Shown: in pieces, positions 26,927-35,002 of the stretch
How the letters are laid out: each line of letters opens with the position of its first letter
Numbering within the stretch: position 1 is the stretch's first letter
From: a virus
UHGV virus genome: UHGV-0072042
DNA: 35,442 nucleotides
Strand: one strand, 5' to 3'
Translations under genes and position numbers: made by a program
The notes under the pieces: model-generated
The model's database searches: none
What the model was told of the DNA's origin: nothing
The model's input: only the letters and a program-made list of their open reading frames with translations

Positions 26927-27147
26927 GCTTGGTTACTTTTCGGACGGCAAGTCTCTTCTCTTACTGGTATAGCTTTTGGTCCTGAAAAACGCCGTTCTGG
27001 TTTAATAACCTCTACTACTTCGCCACCACAGACGCTGGCAACAAGCTGGGCTTCTTCTTTTGTTTCGTGGTGATCCGCATATTCAAGACTTGCTTCACCA
27101 TATCCACGATCATTCAGATAACACATTTTCTTTACTACAAAGGTCAA
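26905..27147 (-). CDS. Hypothetical early protein (80 aa).
   Basis: ORF in an operon context. Confidence 0.4.
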   Translation of the reverse strand: MTFVVKKMCYLNDRGYGEASLEYADHHETKEEAQLVASVCGGEVVEVIKPERRFSGPKAIPVREETCRPKSNQAWMRGAK

Positions 27148-27998
27148 ACTGGATTCCTCCTTTTGTCTGTCGTTGTTTTGAATACGGCTATGTTTCCTTT
27201 TGTCCCATTCATTACACGAGAGAACACTCGCTCGCCGTATGCGTGTTTTAATTGCTTCGATGATAAATTGGTTGTGAATATCGTAGCTTTGTTTAGACGA
27301 GCTTCTGTGAGCGATGTGAGAACATCAACATCATAAGGCGTTGCCTGATTGTTTTCTTCCATTCTTCCTAGCTCCGCACCTAAATCATCAATCACTACAA
27401 AATCCGTCTTTTTAATTTCAGCCATCAACGAACCTGTCACAGCTTTTCTTGCTTCTGGATCATTCATTGCAAATTTCAATTGCTCTAATAATTCTCGATA
27501 GCTTATAAATGAACAGGCAATTTTATAATTAGATGCCATCATTACTTCTTTGATCACTGCAGCACCTAGATGGGTTTTTCCGGCTCCTGTTCTACCAGTA
27601 ATAACCGCGTGAATCGTGCTGCCACTTACGATTTTTTTAGCCCATTCTTGAGCCATCGCTTTTATTTGTGCTGTTTCCTGTTCAACTACTTTGTATCCAT
27701 CAAAATCGAAGGTCCATATGGCATCATCTGTAATCATTGAACTGTTAAGCATTCGATTGATAGCGTCCTTTTTCATTGCTTCATTCGCTTTTTGGATAGC
27801 TTCTTTTTGATTTTTAGTTACCATTTCTCGATAACCACAAATCTTATTGATACATGTAGGACCGCATCGATCAGTACCATCTTTATTTTTTGTTTTCCAG
27901 ATATACAATGGATCACCACATTTCGGGCAATTATGATCTGCTGTTTTTAATCCGCCGTAAGGTGCAGCCATTGCACTTAGTTTTTTATTCATTACCAA
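27144..27998 (-). CDS. DnaC/IstB-like AAA+ helicase loader with an N-terminal zinc ribbon.
   Basis: Walker A GRTGAGKTHL, Walker B FVVIDDLGAE. N-terminal CPKCG...CGPTC. Confidence 0.8.
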   Translation of the reverse strand: MVMNKKLSAMAAPYGGLKTADHNCPKCGDPLYIWKTKNKDGTDRCGPTCINKICGYREMVTKNQKEAIQKANEAMKKDAINRMLNSSMITDDAIWTFDFDGYKVVEQETAQIKAMAQEWAKKIVSGSTIHAVITGRTGAGKTHLGAAVIKEVMMASNYKIACSFISYRELLEQLKFAMNDPEARKAVTGSLMAEIKKTDFVVIDDLGAELGRMEENNQATPYDVDVLTSLTEARLNKATIFTTNLSSKQLKHAYGERVFSRVMNGTKGNIAVFKTTTDKRRNPV

Positions 27999-28777
27999 TC
28001 CTCACCTGTTTCTGGTAACTCATCATTAGAAATATTTTGTTGCTTTCTTTTATTTTTTTGGACAGCCATCTTATCAAAATGTTTTCTCAGGCTCGTTGGA
28101 GATAAAATCACACCTGACCAGAAATCATTACTTGTGGCCCAAACAATCATGTCTTGAACTTCTCTGCCAGTTCGCTTGTCAGATTCAATTGTTAAACGAA
28201 TCGTATTCGCCCATTTATTCAAATCTGGTTCTTTGATGTTTTGATTTTTTCGAATGAGTTTTAATAAAAGAATGGCCAATTTTTTATTTGGATCATCGTC
28301 TGCATACTCTCGCGTTTTTCGAGAGTTGCGAGGATTATTATTGTTATCATTGTTATTCATTGTTTTATCATTGTTGTTTGTGTGTTTCTGTGATGCTTCT
28401 GCGTCGTTTTGCTGTCGTTTCTGTGTCGTTTCTTTAGATTCGTGACGTTGATAAAAGTCATAATTGACAATGGTTATAACAGTTTTTTTACTGTCGCTTT
28501 TTCGAATCAACATTTGATCATCTTCCAACATTTTTAAAAACCGATTTACTTTGGTGTTTGACCAACCCCATCTTTCACATAGCTGTCTTACTGATGTAAT
28601 AAATTCCCCACGATTTACCTCGATTAGTTGGCCGTCAAATAAAAATTTATTATTCTGGTGATTGGCATCCATCAGCAAATCTAGCCATGCTTCGTATTTA
28701 GAGAAAACTCTTTTTTCTTGATATACCCAGTGATCTCGGATATTTCGGTGAAGTGCTATCCAGCCTTTGTCTGCCAT
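27992..28777 (-). CDS. Phage replisome organizer (DnaD-like N-terminal domain) with an Asn-rich low-complexity linker.
   Basis: N-terminus MADKGWIALHRNIRDHWVYQEKRVFSKYEAWLDLL typical of the replisome organizer N-terminal region. Confidence 0.7.
   Translation of the reverse strand: MADKGWIALHRNIRDHWVYQEKRVFSKYEAWLDLLMDANHQNNKFLFDGQLIEVNRGEFITSVRQLCERWGWSNTKVNRFLKMLEDDQMLIRKSDSKKTVITIVNYDFYQRHESKETTQKRQQNDAEASQKHTNNNDKTMNNNDNNNNPRNSRKTREYADDDPNKKLAILLLKLIRKNQNIKEPDLNKWANTIRLTIESDKRTGREVQDMIVWATSNDFWSGVILSPTSLRKHFDKMAVQKNKRKQQNISNDELPETGEDW
28335..28435. repeat. Putative origin iterons embedded in the replisome organizer gene.
   Basis: TCATTGTT x3 at 28347, 28357 and 28368. TCGTTT x3 at 28404, 28415 and 28426 (11-bp spacing). 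GTTTCTGTG x2 at 28384 and 28417. Confidence 0.45.
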
Positions 28778-28793
28778 CTACTCACCCACCGTT

Positions 28794-29609
28794 CTATAAA
28801 TCGTCCATACTAGTGAATCCAGTAATTGGAAGATTACCTCTACAGTACTCGCACAAACCGCAATGGTTCGGCTTCTCTTCACCGTTCTTCACTCTGACAA
28901 TTCTTTCAATATTTTCTTTTAGCATGATTAGCTCGTAGCTCATCTTATCTTGATCAATCGTTATCAACTTCGCCTCACTAGGCGTTTGCTTCGATACCGC
29001 AGCGATGATTGGCATGAACATCTTTCCGTATTGTTGTAAAAGAAGCTCTTGATAGATTGCCATTTGAAGCACGTAACCAAAATTGACAATGAACGTTTCT
29101 CTTGATCCATAGTTTTCGTTCCATTTCCGTTCGTGCATGTCTTTTGTTGTTTTGATGTCAACAAAATACTCATCGTCAACATTCAAGCAATCAATCTTGC
29201 CTTTCCATGTCGTTCCAAATAGTTCCCCAGTCACGATCGTTTCTTTCTCACCTTGATAAATGTTCATGAATGCTTCTTCTTGCTTAAGTCGTTCAATCAT
29301 TTGTTCAGCAATTTGGAAATCTTTCAACAATCCATACGGCTTCCTACTAGAAAACATTTTGGATTTATTTTCTTCTTTGAACGCTTCATGTACTTCTTTT
29401 GATTCAAAATAAGAATGTACGTAGTTTCCTACGAGTAAGGCTTTGGGATCCGACGTCGGTGCCCAATCGCCTTTCAACTTTGCTAAGGCTGCGGCTTCAC
29501 ATTTTAAAAAGGACTTATATTGTGATGTTGACATGTACTGCCAGTCAGCTTCATTGGAGTAATAATTCTCATCAGAAAGGGTACTCGTCGTCTTCAAATT
29601 CTGAGACAT
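28794..29609 (-). CDS. PD-(D/E)XK nuclease with a C-terminal Cys cluster (Cas4-like recombination exonuclease), partner of RecT.
   Basis: IDCLNVDDEYFVDIKTTK (D...D/E-x-K) and C-terminal CGLCEYC. Adjacent to recT. Confidence 0.65.
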   Translation of the reverse strand: MSQNLKTTSTLSDENYYSNEADWQYMSTSQYKSFLKCEAAALAKLKGDWAPTSDPKALLVGNYVHSYFESKEVHEAFKEENKSKMFSSRKPYGLLKDFQIAEQMIERLKQEEAFMNIYQGEKETIVTGELFGTTWKGKIDCLNVDDEYFVDIKTTKDMHERKWNENYGSRETFIVNFGYVLQMAIYQELLLQQYGKMFMPIIAAVSKQTPSEAKLITIDQDKMSYELIMLKENIERIVRVKNGEEKPNHCGLCEYCRGNLPITGFTSMDDL

Positions 29610-30594
29610 CTTCTACACCTTCCTCGCGTCCAAAGTCTGGAATATCTATCAATTCTTCTTGAATTGGATTGATATCCTCATTTTCGATCAAATGTGCTTG
29701 CTCTATTTCTGGATGGGCAGGTACATCAGCAACTCGAGTTACTTCATTTTGGATATCATCTGGAATCACAATCGGATCTGGTTCTTTTTGTATTGGTTCA
29801 GTAATCTTTTTGTTTGAAAAGAATTTTTGTTCGAGAGTAGCCACTTTTTCTGTTTGTGGCGTTACATCTTTCCGATCATTGTCAAATTCATTTTCTAACG
29901 TATCTTTTGCAGCTTGAACTAATAAATCGTTGTCGTTGCTTGTGTTGATCAATGTTTTAGCTGCCCGATTGATTACTGTCCGTTTAGCCATTTCTTCTGG
30001 AAATTCCTTTTGCGGTCCAGGATCTTTCATTTTTGACTTAGCCCAACTTTGATCGATTTGCTTTTTCGTCATGACTGTTGTGGTCTCTTTACCATTTGTT
30101 AACTTGATGACTACATAGGCTGCAATGATTTCATTGTCTAAATTCTCGAATTTTGTTTCATGCTTTTTGACAACCATGTTTGGTCCATCCATTGCAACTT
30201 CAAACTCATCACCTTGTCGAACGACTACAGGCGTAATATCTGCCCCTCCAGTTACACGATCAAGGACCGCCATTGTTCCAAAATATGAACGCATTAGCTG
30301 AACCTTGTTTCCGTATCTAATGAAATAGCATTGTTTTTTTGCTGGAGATAACCCTTGAATAACCATGTCTAAAAGTGCATTAGAAATGGAGGTTTTCATT
30401 TCTTGATTGTTTGCAGCCATCTGCAACAAGTTTCCTCCTGTATTGTTAGTGAGTTCGAAAAAAGCACTTTTTAACGCATTTTGTGGACTATATCCTGGTG
30501 GCATTTCTAAACCTTGTTCTTGTAACCGTCCAAGATTACTGATTACCTGCTCATCTAATGAACGTTGTGTTGTTTGTGTTAAATCATTTGCCAT
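29572..30594 (-). CDS. recT: RecT-family single-strand annealing protein.
   Basis: RecT-like N-terminal region. Acidic C-terminal tail. Confidence 0.8.
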   Translation of the reverse strand: MANDLTQTTQRSLDEQVISNLGRLQEQGLEMPPGYSPQNALKSAFFELTNNTGGNLLQMAANNQEMKTSISNALLDMVIQGLSPAKKQCYFIRYGNKVQLMRSYFGTMAVLDRVTGGADITPVVVRQGDEFEVAMDGPNMVVKKHETKFENLDNEIIAAYVVIKLTNGKETTTVMTKKQIDQSWAKSKMKDPGPQKEFPEEMAKRTVINRAAKTLINTSNDNDLLVQAAKDTLENEFDNDRKDVTPQTEKVATLEQKFFSNKKITEPIQKEPDPIVIPDDIQNEVTRVADVPAHPEIEQAHLIENEDINPIQEELIDIPDFGREEGVEDVSEFEDDEYPF

Positions 30595-30596
30595 TC

Positions 30597-30794
30597 CTAA
30601 ATTCCTCCTAATTCAATCTTTGGATAATGTTGCTGGACGTACTCTAGAATTGCGTCTACTGGTACATAGCCTTCTTCTGTTAGATAGCAAGTATCACCTG
30701 GATACAAAGAATTTCCTTGCCAATCAACACCGACAGCTCTGGCTTCTTCTTGCGGTTGCTGTCTTGCGCCTAAAGAATCAAAGTCTTTCATCAC
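30597..30794 (-). CDS. Hypothetical protein (65 aa).
   Basis: ORF in an operon. Confidence 0.4.
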   Translation of the reverse strand: MMKDFDSLGARQQPQEEARAVGVDWQGNSLYPGDTCYLTEEGYVPVDAILEYVQQHYPKIELGGI

Positions 30795-30800
30795 GGCCTC

Positions 30801-31025
30801 CTAAAGATCCCAAAATAATTTGACACTACCGTCTTCACATTGAATGTTTGAAATACCTTCACTTTCTAATGCTGCTAGAAATGATGGTGTCAGACCTTTT
30901 GAACGAACAGTGCAACTTGTTTGTCCATACTTTGCTGCAGTTAAGATTTTGTTTTGTACATCTTGTTGTGCTTTGTGCATCATTGCTTCGAATATTTCAT
31001 CGCCTAGCCCTTTAACTGAGATCAT
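30801..31025 (-). CDS. Hypothetical protein (about 75 aa).
   Basis: Internal ATG at 31025 avoids a 66-nt overlap. Confidence 0.4.
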   Translation of the reverse strand: MISVKGLGDEIFEAMMHKAQQDVQNKILTAAKYGQTSCTVRSKGLTPSFLAALESEGISNIQCEDGSVKLFWDL

Positions 31026-31354
31026 CAGAATTTGATACCACCTTTCTTGCGATCCATTTTTTCGGCAAACCGTAGAAAGTCCTGATACCATTCCTCAAAC
31101 TCTGGATCTTCATATTCAATACCAAACAATTGTTTTAAAGTACCATGAGTTTCACAATTGCAATTATTATTCTGCAAATCACGTTTTGTTTTCTCATACT
31201 GTCGGTAAACACTCCACGCAACCAAGCTATCGTTTCCAGCTTGTCCAAGAACGACTTCCCCTTTTTCATCGACTACACTAACTGACATTCCTAGATCATC
31301 ATTTGCACATTCAGCTGCTAACTCTTTAATTAAATTTTGGATTTTTTCATTCAT
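31025..31354 (-). CDS. Hypothetical protein (109 aa).
   Basis: CAAGGAGAG RBS. Confidence 0.5.
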   Translation of the reverse strand: MNEKIQNLIKELAAECANDDLGMSVSVVDEKGEVVLGQAGNDSLVAWSVYRQYEKTKRDLQNNNCNCETHGTLKQLFGIEYEDPEFEEWYQDFLRFAEKMDRKKGGIKF

Positions 31355-31385
31355 TGTGATAAACTCTCCTTGTAATTATTATTTT

Positions 31386-32054
31386 TCAGGACACGATTTT
31401 GCTTGCCGGCGATCGTGTCTTTTTTTGATAGCTATATCGAGCAGCTATCAGTTTGTGATGATTATCAATTTGTTTTTTCATTACGTCATACCAGTTCTGA
31501 CTAGCCTTTGTACGATCGGGTTTTATAGTTATTTCTCCTTGTTTCCTTAATAGACAAATTTTTCTGAAAAGCTCGTGCTTTGGTCTATGCAGTAGTCTAG
31601 TTAAATAATCAATATTTAATACGTAACCATTTTTATCGAATTTAATTTCTGATATTAATAACTCAACTTCTCTTTTTGTGTACCTGCGTTTTCGATTGCT
31701 TTCTAATTGTCCATTTTTCTTCATGATATTAAGACGACAGCGAATCGCGTTCTCAGTTCTATTCAATTCCTGCGCTATTATTGTTACTGGACAACCTGAC
31801 TGATACATAGAAATTATTTTTTTATCTTCTTGCTGACTGTAACGTTTGTTAGGCGGTTCGATTGGATCATCCCAATAAACTTCATCGATCAAATCTTTTT
31901 TACGCATTTGATGGATTTTGGACCAAATACGCTTTTTATCTATCCCAAGTAACTCAGCTAATTCATTACAATTACAAACAAATCCGCGATGGTCGTATCT
32001 GACATTTTGAATAAGAAGTTGCTCCTCTTCTCTTGTCCATTTGTTGTACGACAA
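31386..32054 (-). CDS. Putative DNA-binding protein with three tandem Myb/SANT-like HTH repeats.
   Basis: Three W/Y-x-x-E-E...L units at about 65-aa spacing. Confidence 0.5.
   Translation of the reverse strand: MSYNKWTREEEQLLIQNVRYDHRGFVCNCNELAELLGIDKKRIWSKIHQMRKKDLIDEVYWDDPIEPPNKRYSQQEDKKIISMYQSGCPVTIIAQELNRTENAIRCRLNIMKKNGQLESNRKRRYTKREVELLISEIKFDKNGYVLNIDYLTRLLHRPKHELFRKICLLRKQGEITIKPDRTKASQNWYDVMKKQIDNHHKLIAARYSYQKKTRSPASKIVS
31390..31426 (+). terminator. Orphan + strand intrinsic terminator inside the 3' end of a minus-strand gene. Arms identical to the attP-proximal hairpin.
   Basis: GACACGAT-(14 nt)-ATCGTGTC followed by T7. Nothing U-rich follows on the minus strand. Confidence 0.45.
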
Positions 32055-32072
32055 TTTTCTAACCTCCTTTTT

Positions 32073-32351
32073 TTATAAAACGGCAAAGACAACAGACAAT
32101 AAAATGACGTTTAGAACTAAGCTGATATAGCAAAGTGCTTGTAACTGACGAACTTTGTATACTGGCTTTTTGTGTTCGGCAATTGATGCCAGTAGCATTT
32201 TGCTACTCGAACGCTCAACGATTGGTTTTCTTATTTGCATAGTTGACTCCCCTTCCGGAAAATATCGATCAATAATACGTTGTGCCTCTTCCTTTGTTTT
32301 GACGGTGTGAAATATATGTCCGTCTGTGATGGTGATTTCTGTCATGTACAT
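32073..32351 (-). CDS. Small C-terminally membrane-anchored protein (92 aa).
   Basis: C-terminal LQALCYISLVLNVILLSVVFAVL. Confidence 0.5.
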   Translation of the reverse strand: MYMTEITITDGHIFHTVKTKEEAQRIIDRYFPEGESTMQIRKPIVERSSSKMLLASIAEHKKPVYKVRQLQALCYISLVLNVILLSVVFAVL

Positions 32352-32358
32352 CCTCCTT

Positions 32359-32661
32359 TTAGATTTTGTATTTAGCCATCAGCTCATCGATGTCTTTTTT
32401 GTCATACCTTAAAAAGCCATCTATACGAATTTCTTTTAACCCGTGAGCTACTAACTTCTCAAAGCCTTGATCATTTACACCTCCCACATATTTTCTAGCT
32501 TCGATTTTTTTCAAGTATCGTGTTTCTGACAAATTCTTTTTTGAAAGTTGACTAAGTGCGTCCTTTACAACTTCAACAATTGCAATTCTCAAACGAGTCA
32601 AAAACTCTTCGCTTAGAATATTCATGACTTGCCTCCTATCGAATTTTTTTTTTCTTTCCAA
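32359..32661 (-). CDS. Hypothetical early protein (100 aa).
   Basis: ORF in an operon. Confidence 0.45.
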   Translation of the reverse strand: MERKKKFDRRQVMNILSEEFLTRLRIAIVEVVKDALSQLSKKNLSETRYLKKIEARKYVGGVNDQGFEKLVAHGLKEIRIDGFLRYDKKDIDELMAKYKI

Positions 32662-33401
32662 ACTCCATACTTAATAGCGAAATCCTTGACTACAGATAGA
32701 TAAATTTCTTTTAACCTTTTATCGCTTTCGATTACATCTAACTTATTTGTCTTATCTCGCTTGGATTTTGGAACACCTTCGCCAGCCATACGGTTACGTA
32801 AATTGGTTAATCTAGTTTTGAGAGAGGAGCCAGCTCTACGATCAACTTCTTCATATATCGCTGTTTGAATTTCTTGATAAGCACCGTATCCGCCTTGGGT
32901 TTCCGCCATTTTATTTACGAGCTTTCGACATTCTCTACGCCAGTCAGTTGTATTCAATGCCACAATTTCAGTAATATTCTCCATTTGTGTTGCTAGACGT
33001 TTTGTCTCTAACTCTTGCTTAGCTACTGCGTTAAATATTCCTTGGAACATTTGAAGTTCTGGACTTAGCTTTGAAGTATCAAGTAATTGTTGTTTGTATT
33101 CTTTTTCTACTTCAATAAAATATTGACGCGCTTGTTTTCCTTTTTCTGTTCGTTGAATCATTGAGATTTCTTTTGCCATGTCCAATTTCATTGCATGGTC
33201 GGTAATATTCTGAATTCCTCCAGGGGTCGGACATTTTTGGGTCACCCTTACGAAATCTATATTTTCAACAAAACCATATTCCGCCATACGACTAAACCAT
33301 TTTTTGTATTCTGTTGCCACCTCCAAAAACTCATGCAATTCTCTGCCGTTTACTAACTGCTCATTCTCCTCATTTGTTGTTACTTTGATTAGTTCTTTCA
33401 T
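32622..33401 (-). CDS. ant: Antirepressor (ORF6N/AntA N-terminal domain, KilA-C-like C-terminus).
   Basis: N-terminal NGRELHEFLEVATEYKKWFSRMAEYGF. Confidence 0.7.
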   Translation of the reverse strand: MKELIKVTTNEENEQLVNGRELHEFLEVATEYKKWFSRMAEYGFVENIDFVRVTQKCPTPGGIQNITDHAMKLDMAKEISMIQRTEKGKQARQYFIEVEKEYKQQLLDTSKLSPELQMFQGIFNAVAKQELETKRLATQMENITEIVALNTTDWRRECRKLVNKMAETQGGYGAYQEIQTAIYEEVDRRAGSSLKTRLTNLRNRMAGEGVPKSKRDKTNKLDVIESDKRLKEIYLSVVKDFAIKYGVWKEKKNSIGGKS

Positions 33402-33443
33402 GGATTACACTCCTTAAAAATGAATAAATATGTTTTTCATAAG

Positions 33444-33692
33444 TTATTTTATTAAAAATGAATCGTTATGAAGTTTATATCGTATAAACTCGTCTTTGCT
33501 TCCAAAAAAAATATTTGCTGTTGGAAAATGGTATATTTCTGGTATTAATTGCACATATTTTTGCTTCATTTTATTCGGATCTTGTTCCCAATTTGCTAAG
33601 GTTTGATGGTGAACATCAAAGAGTTTTGCTGCTTCTTTTAAAGAATATCCCATCATAACTCTAGCTGCTTCCAAAGTAATTTGTAATTCCAT
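33444..33692 (-). CDS. cro: Cro-like XRE-family HTH regulator.
   Basis: LKEAAKLFDVHHQTLANWE HTH. Divergent from cI. AAGGAGG RBS. Confidence 0.8.
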   Translation of the reverse strand: MELQITLEAARVMMGYSLKEAAKLFDVHHQTLANWEQDPNKMKQKYVQLIPEIYHFPTANIFFGSKDEFIRYKLHNDSFLIK

Positions 33693-33699
33693 TTTTATT

Positions 33700-33835
33700 C
33701 CTCCTTCGTTTATGTAAATAATTTTATACTAGTTTATACTACCAGTCAACGATTTTTGACGTTTTTTAAATTAAAAAACACTGTTATAAAACTACTTTAT
33801 ACTTGTTTATATTGATTTAATTCGATATTATTAAT
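33700..33835. promoter_or_regulatory. Genetic switch: divergent P_cro and P_cI with repeated operators.
   Basis: Operator-like repeats TTTATACTAGTTTATACT (33723-33741) and TTTATACTTGTTTATATT (33796-33814). Minus-strand promoter -35 TTGACT (33744-33749) with -10 TAAAAT. Plus-strand promoter TTGTTT-17-TATTAT (33802-33830). Confidence 0.55.
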
Positions 33836-33856
33836 AAAAAAGGAGGAGAAAATAAC

Positions 33857-34696
33857 ATGCCAAGAAAACCATTATCAGAAGAAGATAAAAAAGCTCGCTC
33901 CATTATCGCTAACAATTTAAAAAAAATTACGCATGGCTACACAAGAGCACAATTGTCAGATATGACAGGTATTCCTGTTACGACGCTATCGGGATATTTT
34001 ACTGAAAAATCAACTATCAGTATGGAAAACGCTGAATTAATAGCTAAAGCTTTTAATGTTGATAAATCTGATATAGATCCAAGATATTCCAGAGAATACA
34101 ATTATTATGATTTAAAGAAAGAAGTTTTAGATGAATTACAGGAAAACAATAAAAGTTTCGTTGCTGATAAATTTGTAGAGTTAGCAGAAAAAGCAAATGC
34201 AGCAGGGATGACTTTGAACAGAACTAAAACTGATAGAGGAAACATTATGACAGTTCTATCAAGTGATATTCAAGAATATAACTTTTTTGACACTTCTGTT
34301 GCTGCCGGCATACCTTCTTCAGTCGAAGCTTTTGATCAAGACCATATTGAGCAAATTGCTATTCCTGATTATGCCATGGGAAAATATGCAGGATATCAAG
34401 ATGTATTTTTTACTAAAATAAATGGAGATTCCATGAATAACGTTATTCCTGACGGATCATTAATTGCTGTAAAGAAAATAGAGAGCTGTGATGAGTTAAA
34501 AGATGGAGATATAGTAGTCTTTAGCAACGATAACGAATTTTCTGTAAAAAGATATATAAATGATCAACAAAATAATCGCATCATTTTTAGACCTGATTCT
34601 TCTAACATTTCTTTCACTGATATTGTGGTTAATTATGATGATACTAAATACGTTCAAATTTATGGGAAAGTCGTTGTATATATTGTCCAACTATAA
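33857..34696 (+). CDS. cI: cI-like repressor: XRE HTH plus S24 LexA-like autopeptidase.
   Basis: N-terminal HTH. AAG-IP cleavage-site-like sequence. GDSM (Ser) and VKR (Lys) dyad. Confidence 0.9.
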   Translation: MPRKPLSEEDKKARSIIANNLKKITHGYTRAQLSDMTGIPVTTLSGYFTEKSTISMENAELIAKAFNVDKSDIDPRYSREYNYYDLKKEVLDELQENNKSFVADKFVELAEKANAAGMTLNRTKTDRGNIMTVLSSDIQEYNFFDTSVAAGIPSSVEAFDQDHIEQIAIPDYAMGKYAGYQDVFFTKINGDSMNNVIPDGSLIAVKKIESCDELKDGDIVVFSNDNEFSVKRYINDQQNNRIIFRPDSSNISFTDIVVNYDDTKYVQIYGKVVVYIVQL

Positions 34697-34716
34697 TTAA
34701 TTTGAGAGGGTATAAA

Positions 34717-34917
34717 ATGAAAATTGGAATGAGAAAACCGAGCATAAAGAAATCTATCGGCGCTAGAACTACTGGAAAGGCAAAAAGAGCTGTGAAAAAA
34801 GCTGTGATTCCTGGTTATGGAAAGAAAGGCTCTGGATGGATTAAAGACCCAAAAAAAGCTGCATACAATAAAGTTTATAAAAAGACTACGTTTAGCTTTT
34901 GGGACTTATTTAAATAA
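34717..34917 (+). CDS. Small Lys-rich basic protein (66 aa) in the lysogeny operon.
   Basis: GAGAGGGtataaaATG. Translation MKIGMRKPSIKKSIGARTTGKAKRAVKKAV... Confidence 0.45.
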   Translation: MKIGMRKPSIKKSIGARTTGKAKRAVKKAVIPGYGKKGSGWIKDPKKAAYNKVYKKTTFSFWDLFK

Positions 34918-34921
34918 AAAA

Positions 34922-34950
34922 AGCCCGTGCAGCAACACGGACTCGAAACC
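34922..34950. terminator. Imperfect hairpin with A7 upstream and nothing T-rich downstream on +. On the minus strand it would be a hairpin followed by T7. Partial or bidirectional terminator.
   Basis: AGCCCGTG-cagcaa-CACGGACT (one mismatch). Confidence 0.3.
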
Positions 34951-35002
34951 TTATTTCTAAGATTCCCCAATAAAATAATATCATAGAGATAAGGAGTAGA
35001 AA

